The translations under genes and the position numbers were made by a program. The notes beneath the pieces were generated by a model that was not told the origin of the DNA, made no database searches, and saw nothing but the letters and a program-made list of their open reading frames with translations. Shown here piece by piece: positions 1 to 9,203 of a stretch of 64,000 nt of DNA (position 1 is its first letter; each line of letters starts with the position of its first letter). Source of the stretch: Sphingopyxis sp. (lineage in GTDB: Bacteria; Pseudomonadota; Alphaproteobacteria; Sphingomonadales; Sphingomonadaceae); NCBI GenBank assembly GCA_013821905.1, contig PNJO01000001.1, positions 5,989 to 69,988 on the forward strand, in the 5' to 3' direction.

Positions 1-145
1 CTGCCGATTAGTCGGCGGTCAGCCCCGATTCTCGCTTTGCCTTGGTGACGCGGCCTCGCGATAGAGACCACATGTTGGAGGGCGAGGGGATGACGATGTT
101 CCCCTTTTCTTCTTCTCTGATCTTCCGTACAGAGGTCTGGCTGAC

Positions 146-577
146 TTGGCCCTTATTTTCGCTTGGCCCTTTGCGGGTGCAGGTTCGGAAGGCGGGGACC
201 ATCGCGTGGCGATGAGCCTCGCGGTGCAGGTCGATGCTTCGGCGACACTGATCGTCGGCGCTTCGCCTGGAACACCGGGCGATGTCAGCCGCGAGACCAT
301 CACACGGGTAAATCCCGATCTCATAATCTGGATCGCCGACAGCGCAGTCGGTCGCCTGGCTCAAGCATTGAAGCTGAGCGACCCCAAGCTCGTGGTCCGG
401 CTCGATCCCCAAGTGATCGCCGCCCGCTATCTTCTCTGGCATCGCTATCTGCCGTCCAGCACGAACGACGTCGTGGAATCGATCAAGCCAGGCCGCAGCC
501 ATGTACGCAAGGCTTTGCGAGCGAAGCTCACGGAGGCGGAGTTAGTACGACATCGGACCCGCTACTACCCGGAGTAG
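146..577 (+). CDS. Hypothetical protein (start uncertain)
   Basis: Protein-like ORF; the frame is open back to a TAG at 62-64; no motif recognised. Confidence 0.4.
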   Translation: MALIFAWPFAGAGSEGGDHRVAMSLAVQVDASATLIVGASPGTPGDVSRETITRVNPDLIIWIADSAVGRLAQALKLSDPKLVVRLDPQVIAARYLLWHRYLPSSTNDVVESIKPGRSHVRKALRAKLTEAELVRHRTRYYPE

Positions 578-694
578 AAGAAAGGCTTGAGCAACCCGGC
601 GAGCACCGCACATCAGGATACGGGTTGCGCCCGAACGCATAGGTTTGTCAGGATCGGGATCGACTTTCGACGCCGGCGCCTTCACATCCCGGTC

Positions 695-1735
695 ATGACG
701 CATCCATTTTCCTCAGGGCACAAGGCGCTGAGCTGCACGGGCTTTCCCAAAGGCTTTCAGCATCTGTCTGGTGTAACGACAATCAGCGCGACACGGCTCG
801 CGCTGGCTCGATCGCTCATCACACTCGGACCAAGCCACCGGGCGCACCATCTGAGCGGGCCGTTCTGGTGGTCGCTGCGGGGTGTCGCGACTATCTACAG
901 CCTGCTTTCATCCGATCTTTTCCCTACCCCTGGCTTCATGCATCTGACGTCGTCCCAAAGGAAAACCGACGCGTTTATCCTGGGCGAGGCCCTGACTCAT
1001 TGGTTTGCGCAAACCCACCTCAAGGCCCGCGTCGTGGTACCGCTCGAAGCGCATACGGGGTCATGGATTCCCGCTCAGGTCGCCGCGCCATATCCCAAGG
1101 ACATGCCGAAATATTTCAGGCACCCCGTGAAGGCGGGCATCAAATCGGAACCCGATTTTCTCGCCTTCTCATCGCCTGGCCAAGTTCATGTCCTGGAGAG
1201 CAAAGGCCGAGCCGGATTCAATGCTTACGGCGTTACCGAGAAGGAAATCAACGCCGCGCGCAACAAGGCGCTTCGGCAGGCTTGCAAAGTTGCGTCCGTG
1301 AATGGGATTCCTCCCGTTACCCGAACAGCGTGCGTGTTCGGCTTCGATCAATCCGGCCTGATAGGCCAAATTACCGACCCGCCCGAATACCGTTCCTCCC
1401 ATTATCTTGGAGAATGGCAACAGCTTATCCGCCAAGCTTACGCAACGGTATTGGACCCCCTTTTCGAAGGCTCGGCTCGCGACATCGGTGGCAACTATAT
1501 CGGGATCGAATTCATGCCAGGCTGGAAGTTCGGCATCGATAAGCATCTCTACAAGCTCGTCCGCAGCGTGAACAACGCCCAATCTGCTGGCGACCTCTTC
1601 AGCTTTCTAGAGGACTTCACGCCCGATGGCGACGGTGCAAGCCGGCGTGAAGAGCGAAGCGTTGGCAATGATGGCCTGATCCTTATTGGCGGTCCCGATT
1701 ACTCCGAGAAGGCATGGTACCGCGAGATCGGCTGA
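695..1735 (+). CDS. PD-(D/E)XK restriction-endonuclease-fold protein
   Basis: Motif EPDFLAF...HVLESKG followed by KALRQ; ATG 695 chosen over TTG 587. Confidence 0.65.
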   Translation: MTHPFSSGHKALSCTGFPKGFQHLSGVTTISATRLALARSLITLGPSHRAHHLSGPFWWSLRGVATIYSLLSSDLFPTPGFMHLTSSQRKTDAFILGEALTHWFAQTHLKARVVVPLEAHTGSWIPAQVAAPYPKDMPKYFRHPVKAGIKSEPDFLAFSSPGQVHVLESKGRAGFNAYGVTEKEINAARNKALRQACKVASVNGIPPVTRTACVFGFDQSGLIGQITDPPEYRSSHYLGEWQQLIRQAYATVLDPLFEGSARDIGGNYIGIEFMPGWKFGIDKHLYKLVRSVNNAQSAGDLFSFLEDFTPDGDGASRREERSVGNDGLILIGGPDYSEKAWYREIG

Positions 1736-2138
1736 CGGATCGATGAAAACGTCACCGCAGTAGTCCCGCTCCACGGCGCCGACCTATCATGCAACGGCAG
1801 CTGTGCTTGGGACGCCCGGTCCGTGTGCTGTCGGGATATACCTCGGCGGCGGTGTGTAGTGGACGCCAGCGATCGATGGGCACAAACCTGTAGCGTGCAA
1901 CGGATAGCACCGCCGGGGCATCCGTTCTTGAACGAGCCCATTTATGGCGGCGTGATGCTCGGTGCCTGTCCCGAATGAGCGGTATCGAACGCTATATCCG
2001 GCAACCCGCGACATATTTCGGTAATGAGGGAACGCGCGATGCGTTCGATCGCTGCGGCGCGTTAAATGAGGAAGGAAGGATCCGTACCCTAGGCGGGTTC
2101 CATAAGGGCGAATGATGATCCCGGCTTTTGCCGAGGTC

Positions 2139-2393
2139 TCAGCGTCCCAGCGTGACCGCGACGGGGCAATGATCCGACACATGCTTCTCGCCCGCCGCGT
2201 AGCGCGTCTCCTCGAACGTCGCGAGGTCCGCACCGGCACGCTTGTGGAGCACGATATGGTTGATGAAGCTGTCGTAGCGCGGATCGCACCCCGGCGGCGT
2301 GCCGGCGTCGGCAAGACGCAAGTCGGCGTTCGCGGGATCACCGTCGTCGATCTCGCTCCAGACGCTATCGCCGGCGAGCGCGAGCCGGCGGTT
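2139..2393 (-). pseudogene. 3' fragment of an endonuclease/exonuclease/phosphatase (EEP) family gene
   Basis: NRRL...FINHIVL...SDHCPVAVTL-stop matches the EEP C-terminal motifs; no 5' part. Confidence 0.7.
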
Positions 2394-2399
2394 CGTGCC

Positions 2400-2715
2400 A
2401 TGCGCCCGTCCGCATCCGACCTCGCCCGCGCACTGGCGCGCGAAGCCGAGCGCGTCTGCCGCCATTTTCTGCGTCGGGGGCGCCGCGAAGGCCGCTACTG
2501 GCTCGTCGGCGATGTCCATGGCAGCCTGGGGCGCAGCCTCTATGTGCGGCTCTCGGGTCCCGACCATGGCGGCGGTGCCGCGGGCAAATGGACCGACGCC
2601 GCGACGGGCGAGCATGGCGACCTCCTCGATCTCATCGCGCTTCAGCTCGGTCACCATCGATTGTCCGATACCCTTGAAGCCGCGCGGCACTTTCTTGCGC
2701 TGCCGCGCGAACGGC
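2400..2715 (+). pseudogene. 5' fragment of a toprim/primase-like gene of alphaproteobacterial ICEs/plasmids
   Basis: AERVCRHFL..GRREGRYWLVGDV...GKWTDAATGEHGDLLDLI; similarity ends near the G8 run at 2721-2728. Confidence 0.75.
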
Positions 2716-2739
2716 CGGGAGGGGGGGGCGGCATCGGCG

Positions 2740-2835
2740 TGCTGCCGCGGGGTCGCCTTTCCGGGGAGCGGGATCAGTGCCAATCTCGTCGACAAGGCGC
2801 GCGCGATGGGGCTAGGCGTCTGGCGGCAGGACTAG
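2740..2835 (+). pseudogene. 3' tail of a DUF2493 (SLOG) family gene
   Basis: GVAFPGSGISANLVDKARAMGLGVW-stop resembles the DUF2493 C-terminus. Confidence 0.65.
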
Positions 2836-2847
2836 CCGCCTCACGCT

Positions 2848-3723
2848 TCATTCGCCGACAGCGGCCGAATCCTCGTCGCGATCATCGCCGCCGCCCGCGC
2901 TGTTTGCGTCAGGCTGCGGCGTGAACCAGTCTTCGCCGATCGACACGGCTTCCACCTTGATCGTCTCGACACGGTATGGCGCGCAGGTGACGACATCGAC
3001 CGCCGCCGGATCGAACACCGCGATATTATAGCCCTCAGCATCGCCGAAATGGCTCTTGTACGCGATCGCATCATAGCCCCCTGCGCGAAAGAGCTCAGCG
3101 AGGATCTGCGTTGGCACATAATCGGCGGCGTCGTCCGAAACCGTCACCGGACGCGAAAAGGCGTTGTCGATATCGGTCCAAACCGCGGTCTTCTTCTCAG
3201 CAGCGCTCAGGGGTGGACCCCCCATCACATGCGAGAAGACCGGTCCCGCGAAGGACGACTGACCGTGGCCAAGCGAGAGATCGAGCGTGCGCAGATCGCG
3301 CAGCAGCCTGCAGCGTGCGACCGACACGTCGGCCCCGACCCACGGACGCACCTCCGACACGACGGTGTCGACCGTGCTTCCGAGATAGAGGACCGGGATA
3401 CCAGCCGGGTTGGCGCGGCCTTCCCGCGCGCGCCGCGGCAGCGGCTTCATACGGGCGGGACCATGGCCATAGATGGATTCGCCGGTCCAATTGCCATCGG
3501 CATCATGATGGTCTTCATAGACCACCCCGCGCTGCGCGCGAAAAAAGTGACGCCCCGCCTGCAGGACCTGGTCGCGCTGCGTGATCGTCGCGACGACGGT
3601 GTCCAGAAACGCCTGGATCGCTCCGCTCCAGATGTAGCGATTGCCATGCCGCACCCGCTCGGCGAAATCGGCATAGCTTCGCCACGATGCAAATTCGGGA
3701 ATGGCGGGATCGTCGAGCTCCAT
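2848..3723 (-). CDS. RES domain protein
   Basis: GRANPAGIPVLYL...SEVRP...YVPTQILAELFR.GYDAIAYKS carries the R, E and S residues. Confidence 0.9.
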   Translation of the reverse strand: MELDDPAIPEFASWRSYADFAERVRHGNRYIWSGAIQAFLDTVVATITQRDQVLQAGRHFFRAQRGVVYEDHHDADGNWTGESIYGHGPARMKPLPRRAREGRANPAGIPVLYLGSTVDTVVSEVRPWVGADVSVARCRLLRDLRTLDLSLGHGQSSFAGPVFSHVMGGPPLSAAEKKTAVWTDIDNAFSRPVTVSDDAADYVPTQILAELFRAGGYDAIAYKSHFGDAEGYNIAVFDPAAVDVVTCAPYRVETIKVEAVSIGEDWFTPQPDANSAGGGDDRDEDSAAVGE

Positions 3724-3945
3724 CGTCTCTCCTTCTCATCGGGTGCGGTGATCGTGTCGGCGCGTGAGCGGCGAACATCGCAGCCCTAACACCCCCTGCG
3801 TGCGCGTTGAAGGCGTTCAGCATGGAGGGGCGGGGGTTTTGCCAGCATTGCTGGAAGTGGATCAAATGGCACTTTGCCGGCGCGCCCGGCTCGGGCACAA
3901 GCCGGCCATGCGTCACCAGCTTTCTTCAGCATCCGGGCACCAGCC

Positions 3946-6900
3946 ATGACGATCGCGCCCATCGATCGCAGCATCAGCAAGGTCGGACCCGACAACGGAG
4001 CGTCGGCCCGTCTGTCCGAGCAACGCGCGCTGCCGCGCTACGTCCTCCTCGGCGAACCTGGCATCGGCAAATCGACCGCCTTCGCGCAAGAGGCCGCCGC
4101 CGCAGGCACGGTCCCGGTGCGCGCGGCCGATTTTGTCGAAGGAACCCGTCCGGCTGGTCCGACGCTCTTCATCGATGCGCTCGAGGAATATCGCATCGGC
4201 GAGGACGGGATCGACCGCCTGCGATCGCTCGTCCAGGCGCTCGCCGAGTCGGGGTATGCCGGTTGGCGGATCGCCTGCCGCGCCATCTCTCTCAAACCGC
4301 CCGATGCCCGTCTGCTGACGGAAAAGCTCGGCGCCTACGCCACGCTCCAGCTCGAGCTCCTCGACCGCTTCGAACAACGCGCGCTGCTCGCGGCGCGCGA
4401 TGAAGCCGATCCCTCGGGATTCATCGAGCGCATGCACGGCCTTGGCGCGGGCGCTTTGCTCGGCAACCCCGCGACACTGCTTCTCCTCAAGGACACGATC
4501 GACGCGGCCGCGGTGCCGCTCGACACGCGCGCCGCGCTGTTCGGCGAAGCGGCGCGCCAGATGAGCCATGAGGTCAATCCCGACCATCCCGAACGCGCCG
4601 ATCGTCCGCCGCCGCCGCTGATCGAGGCTGCCGCCGAAGCGGCGTCCCTCATCCTGCTGCTGTCGGGCCGCGACGATCTGTGGATGTATTCGACGAACCC
4701 GCCGCACCCGCATGTCGTTACGCGCGGCGACCTGCTGCCGGCGCGCATCGACACCGAGGCGCTACGCGCTGCGGTCGATACCGCAATGTTCAAGAGCGAC
4801 AGCGTGACCTTCCAGCCGAGCCACCGCGTCATCGCCGAGTTTCTCGCGGGCCGGGCGCTCGCGCGCGCCGTCGTTCCGCCCGATCCGGCGACCCCGGGGC
4901 TGCCGATTTATCGCGCGCTCGCCTTCTGCAACGGCGACAACGACCGCCCGGCGCCTGCGCTCACCGGTGTCTTTGCCTGGTTCGTCGCTGCGCTCGCGCA
5001 GTCGCGCTTGCCCGATCTGGCCGCGCCGCTTCTCGCTATCGACCCCGAGGCGGTTCTGTTGCACGGCGACGCGGCGGCGCTCCCCACCGCGCAGCGCCTA
5101 CGCCTCCTCGATCTTGTTGGCCGCGGCGATCCCTGGTTTCTTGCCGCGGTGCGCGGATCAAGCGCGGTCGGCGGCCTCGCGGGTGAGGACATCGCGCCCG
5201 CGCTTGCCACAATCCTCCTCGATCCTGCCGAAACCGTGCACCGCCAGACGATGGTCCTCGAAGCGCTGGCGACCGGCCGGCGCGTCTCCTCGCTCGCGGA
5301 CGTGATAGAGACGATCGCGGTGACGCCGTCGGCCGACCATTATCGCCGGCGCCGCGCGGTCGACGCCTGGCTCCATATCGTCGGCGACACCCCCGGCGGG
5401 CGGCGGCACCTGCTCGACGCGATCGCCGCGGAGACCCCGGAGACGGCGGCCGATCTTCGTGTCGAGCTCGCCGCCGGCCTGCTGCGCGCTGAAGCTATTG
5501 GCGTCGAGGAGATCCGCACGATCATCGAGGATTATGCGACGACCGGCGATCAGGTGATGGGCTATGCGCGTGTCCTCGGGGTCGCGCTCGCCGACCATCC
5601 GCTACCAGCCCTCTTCGACCGCCCGATCGCCGTGCCATCCGAGCGCGGCGTCGCGCGCTCGTTCGAAATTCGGATGCTTGTCTCGCGCGCCCTCGGGGCG
5701 ACGATCGAGAAAACCGCCGAGCTTGACGCGGACCGCCTGCTATCGTGGCTGTTCAACACCGGCATCGACGACGAGCAACAGGTCGAGAACAAGGTTCAGG
5801 GCGCGATCGCGCATTGGCTCGATCGGGACGCAGGGCATGAAAAGGCGCTGTTCACCGCGCTTCACGCCGCTGTCCAGCAAGGCGACCAGCGGCTGTGGCG
5901 CGCCGACATGGACCTTCGCCGCTTCTCGGGCCGCAAACCCTCCGAGGCGCTGCGCACCGCCGCGATCGAAGCGGTCGAGGCCGAGGCCGACCCTGCGGCG
6001 CTCGCCGCCGCCGCGCAGCTTGGCTATCAACTCGTCCAGCCGTTCGACGAGCATGAAGCGCTCTATTGGCGCCTTTTCTCCGCGATCGAGGGGCAGGACG
6101 CCGCCGCCGACTGGTTCCGGGCGATGACCCTCAGCGAAATTCCCGAATATCAGCGCAAGCGCGCTGGAAAGAGGAAGGACGAGAGGGCGGCGATCGAGGC
6201 GGCCAATGCGAAGGATCGCGCGCTGCTTTCTGGCGATATCGACGGTCTGCGCGACGGGTCGAAGGAAGCCTGGCTCGGTTATGCCGGCGACATCTACAAT
6301 GGCTATCGCGGCAACGACGCGCCGAGCGGCACGGAGCGGGTGACGAACTGGCTTGGCGGCGATGCGATCCTCATCGCGGCGATCCGGGAGGGGTGGCAGC
6401 GCTTGCTTGCCGCGCGGGCCGTATCGCCGCAACTCGTCGGCGCGGCGACGACGCGCACGCAATGGCCGACCTCGGAGCTGATGATCATCGCCTGGGCGGA
6501 GTGGGAGCTGCTCGACGGTCATGCGCTCGACCTCAATGTGCCGCTCGCGCTCCATCTCCTGACCCACTGCTACGCCGGCAACGACAAGGGCGACGAACTG
6601 CGCGAGATCGCGCTTCGTCGTCTCTATGCCGATCCGGCGGGCGCTGACGCGATCCGGGATTTCTGGGTCGGCGCCATCGAAGCGGGCGCCGACGATCTGC
6701 CGCAAGCCCAATATCTCGATCCCAATCAACCCGTTGTCGCCGGCGCCATTGCCGCGCTGCTGCAAAGCGGCATCGCGATGCCGCCTGCCGCAGCGCGCGA
6801 GGCGCTCGAGCTGGCCGCGGTCTCGATGCCTCCCGGCGAGCTTCTCGGTATCGCCGAAGCCGCGCTCGCCGCGCCCGATCCCAAGGGCGCGCGCACGACC

Positions 6901-8118
6901 TGGGCGCTCGCTGCCTTCGCGCTCGATCCCGAACGCCACGAAGGCCTGCTCGCGAGCGATTTGAGCGGCGCCGAAGGCGAGGCCCTGTTCGGGCGTCTCT
7001 GGGACGGGCATCACGGGTTCCTTCTCGCGGCCGCCGCCGACAAGACCGTCGCGCGATCGGAGGCGCTGATCCGGCACGTCGGACCGGGCCAACAGCCACG
7101 CCGCGGTGGGCAAAAAGTGCACAAACTGTCCGAACTGGTTGCAGGCGCGCTCGTCCAGCTCGCGCAGGCCGCGACGCTCGAAGCCAGCGAGGCGCTCGCC
7201 CGCCTGATCGCCGAACCCTCCTTGGCGCATTGGCGCGAGACGCTGCGCCACCACCAGGAGGAACAGAAACGCGTTTGCCGCGAAGCGCGCTTCCTGCCGC
7301 CGCCGCCCGAAGCGGTCGCTTCAGCGCTTGCGGCGGGGCCGCCTGCGAACGCTGCCGACCTGCGCGCGCTCGTGCACCATGTGATCGAGGAGCTGGCGCG
7401 CGATATCCGCGATGGCGACACGTCTCCGTGGCGAAGCTTCTGGAATCGCCCGACGCGGGGGACCAACGGGCCCAAGGTCGAAAATGATTGCCGCGATATC
7501 CTCACCGACCGGCTTCGCGACCGGCTCGAGCGCTATGGCATCCCGGTCAAGCGCATGACCACCGAGGCGCGCAGCGCGAACGATCGGCGCGCCGACATGT
7601 TCCTCATTGGCGATGGCGCGGCGCGGCTGCCGGTCGAGGTCAAGCGCCACTGGAACAAGGAGCTCTGGACGGCGATCGACGATCAGCTCGTCGATTATGC
7701 GCGCTCGGGCGACAGCAGCGGCCACGGGATCTATCTGATCTTCTGGTTCGGGACCCAATGGGCGCTGCCCAGGCTCCCCGATGGCGGGCCGCTTCCGGAG
7801 ACGCCGCAGGCGCTGCAGGCGCTGTTGATCGAGCGGATGCCCGCGACGCTTCGCGAGACCATCGCGGTCGTCGTGCTCGACGTCTCCGAGCCGCCGTCAC
7901 GCGACAAGCCCAAACCGAAAGCGAAAGGAAAACCGGAACCGAGGCTGAAACTTGGATCAACGGCGCGAGCTACGGCGATGCCCACCGCAAAGGTCGCGAA
8001 GGACGCAAAAGCGTCGGCAACGCCCGCCCGCCGGACGAAACCCGCCGCTGTGAAAGCGCCGGTCAAAAGCCCCCGGGACAGTGCGAAGACGGCCGCGCCT
8101 GCCACCCGGAAACGTTGA
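3946..8118 (+). CDS. NACHT/STAND-like NTPase with helical repeats, C-terminal PD-(D/E)XK nuclease and K/A/P-rich tail
   Basis: Walker A GEPGIGKS, Walker B LFIDALEE, GNP and FQPSHRVIAEFL motifs; C-terminal RADMF...VEVKR...GIYLIFWFG. Confidence 0.8.
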   Translation: MTIAPIDRSISKVGPDNGASARLSEQRALPRYVLLGEPGIGKSTAFAQEAAAAGTVPVRAADFVEGTRPAGPTLFIDALEEYRIGEDGIDRLRSLVQALAESGYAGWRIACRAISLKPPDARLLTEKLGAYATLQLELLDRFEQRALLAARDEADPSGFIERMHGLGAGALLGNPATLLLLKDTIDAAAVPLDTRAALFGEAARQMSHEVNPDHPERADRPPPPLIEAAAEAASLILLLSGRDDLWMYSTNPPHPHVVTRGDLLPARIDTEALRAAVDTAMFKSDSVTFQPSHRVIAEFLAGRALARAVVPPDPATPGLPIYRALAFCNGDNDRPAPALTGVFAWFVAALAQSRLPDLAAPLLAIDPEAVLLHGDAAALPTAQRLRLLDLVGRGDPWFLAAVRGSSAVGGLAGEDIAPALATILLDPAETVHRQTMVLEALATGRRVSSLADVIETIAVTPSADHYRRRRAVDAWLHIVGDTPGGRRHLLDAIAAETPETAADLRVELAAGLLRAEAIGVEEIRTIIEDYATTGDQVMGYARVLGVALADHPLPALFDRPIAVPSERGVARSFEIRMLVSRALGATIEKTAELDADRLLSWLFNTGIDDEQQVENKVQGAIAHWLDRDAGHEKALFTALHAAVQQGDQRLWRADMDLRRFSGRKPSEALRTAAIEAVEAEADPAALAAAAQLGYQLVQPFDEHEALYWRLFSAIEGQDAAADWFRAMTLSEIPEYQRKRAGKRKDERAAIEAANAKDRALLSGDIDGLRDGSKEAWLGYAGDIYNGYRGNDAPSGTERVTNWLGGDAILIAAIREGWQRLLAARAVSPQLVGAATTRTQWPTSELMIIAWAEWELLDGHALDLNVPLALHLLTHCYAGNDKGDELREIALRRLYADPAGADAIRDFWVGAIEAGADDLPQAQYLDPNQPVVAGAIAALLQSGIAMPPAAAREALELAAVSMPPGELLGIAEAALAAPDPKGARTTWALAAFALDPERHEGLLASDLSGAEGEALFGRLWDGHHGFLLAAAADKTVARSEALIRHVGPGQQPRRGGQKVHKLSELVAGALVQLAQAATLEASEALARLIAEPSLAHWRETLRHHQEEQKRVCREARFLPPPPEAVASALAAGPPANAADLRALVHHVIEELARDIRDGDTSPWRSFWNRPTRGTNGPKVENDCRDILTDRLRDRLERYGIPVKRMTTEARSANDRRADMFLIGDGAARLPVEVKRHWNKELWTAIDDQLVDYARSGDSSGHGIYLIFWFGTQWALPRLPDGGPLPETPQALQALLIERMPATLRETIAVVVLDVSEPPSRDKPKPKAKGKPEPRLKLGSTARATAMPTAKVAKDAKASATPARRTKPAAVKAPVKSPRDSAKTAAPATRKR

Positions 8119-8339
8119 TCGGTAGCTTGCCATCAGTCCCGGGCGCAGCGCTGAAGAACAGGTTCGGATTGCGCCAGTATTCGCTGCGTCCGCGGGGCCG
8201 GGATAGCTCCTATAAGCGATGCTCTGTTTGGCCTTCGCCAGTCGGGCGCGTAGCGGCAGGACATCATGCTGTGGGGCTGGATTAGTCTCTGCCTTGGCGA
8301 GGGATTTTCGTTGAGATGCGGCGCTGCTAGAAGGCAGCC

Positions 8340-9167
8340 ATGGCGGAGGGTATCTGCAAACTGACTGGCGAAACCGGCCCGCTCGTGAAGGCGCACATCC
8401 TGCCTAAGGCGCTCACGTCGCCAGCGGTCAAGGGACAGTCCTTCGCGCAGGCTGGTTCAAACTATGCACCGCGCAGGCGCCGCGATAGCTGGTATGATCC
8501 CGATCTCGTAACGCGCGCGGGCGAAGATATACTGGCGCGCTATGACAGCTGGGCGATCGAGGAATTGCGTCGGCACCGGCTGGTGTGGAGCGGCTGGGGC
8601 GGGGACCGGACACTCGCCGAGAACGAAATGCTCCTCGTACCGGGCATGGACGGCATCGGCTTTCGCAAGATCGATACGATCGACCAGCACCGCCTTCGCC
8701 TGTTTCTCCTCAGCATCTTATGGCGCGCCGCGGTCAGCAAGATGCACGAGTTCAGTGAAATTCGCATGCTCCCCAACGAGCGCCGCCGGCTGACGCATAT
8801 GGTGCGCAACGGCCGCGTCGAACCCTTGTCCTTCTTTCCCGTCATGCTGTTCCAGCTCTCGAGCCGCGGCGAAATTCATAATCTCAGCCCGATCGCGCAG
8901 CACAAGCGACGTGATGTGATGGATCCGGACAAAGGCACGATTCCGATCTTCCGCTTCTATTTCGACGGATTGATCGTCCATTTTCACCGCAAGGATCGCG
9001 CGAAAGACGTGGAAGCGATGGGCCCGATGATGGTGGGCCGCGGCAAGGAGCTTGTCGTTGGCCTCAGACCTTATGACGGATCGTGGCAGGAGGAAAATCT
9101 GGAAGTGTTAAAGGCCGAAGCCGAGGAGCGATGGCCCGGCAAGCTGGCGCGAATCTACAGCTCTTGA
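8340..9167 (+). CDS. HNH-like endonuclease family protein (degenerate Zn ligands)
   Basis: N-terminal CKLT...KAHILPKAL...GEDILARYD pattern; LRLFLLSILWRA helix. Confidence 0.55.
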   Translation: MAEGICKLTGETGPLVKAHILPKALTSPAVKGQSFAQAGSNYAPRRRRDSWYDPDLVTRAGEDILARYDSWAIEELRRHRLVWSGWGGDRTLAENEMLLVPGMDGIGFRKIDTIDQHRLRLFLLSILWRAAVSKMHEFSEIRMLPNERRRLTHMVRNGRVEPLSFFPVMLFQLSSRGEIHNLSPIAQHKRRDVMDPDKGTIPIFRFYFDGLIVHFHRKDRAKDVEAMGPMMVGRGKELVVGLRPYDGSWQEENLEVLKAEAEERWPGKLARIYSS

Positions 9168-9203
9168 GGGCGTTGACGCGAGGAACGTAGCAATAGGCTG
9201 CCT

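Noticed and set aside
2721..2728. G8 tract as a phase-variation switch
   Set aside because: Lies at a deletion junction between dead fragments
2112..2924. Intact 270-aa gene
   Set aside because: Chimera of unrelated fragments and off-frame sequence
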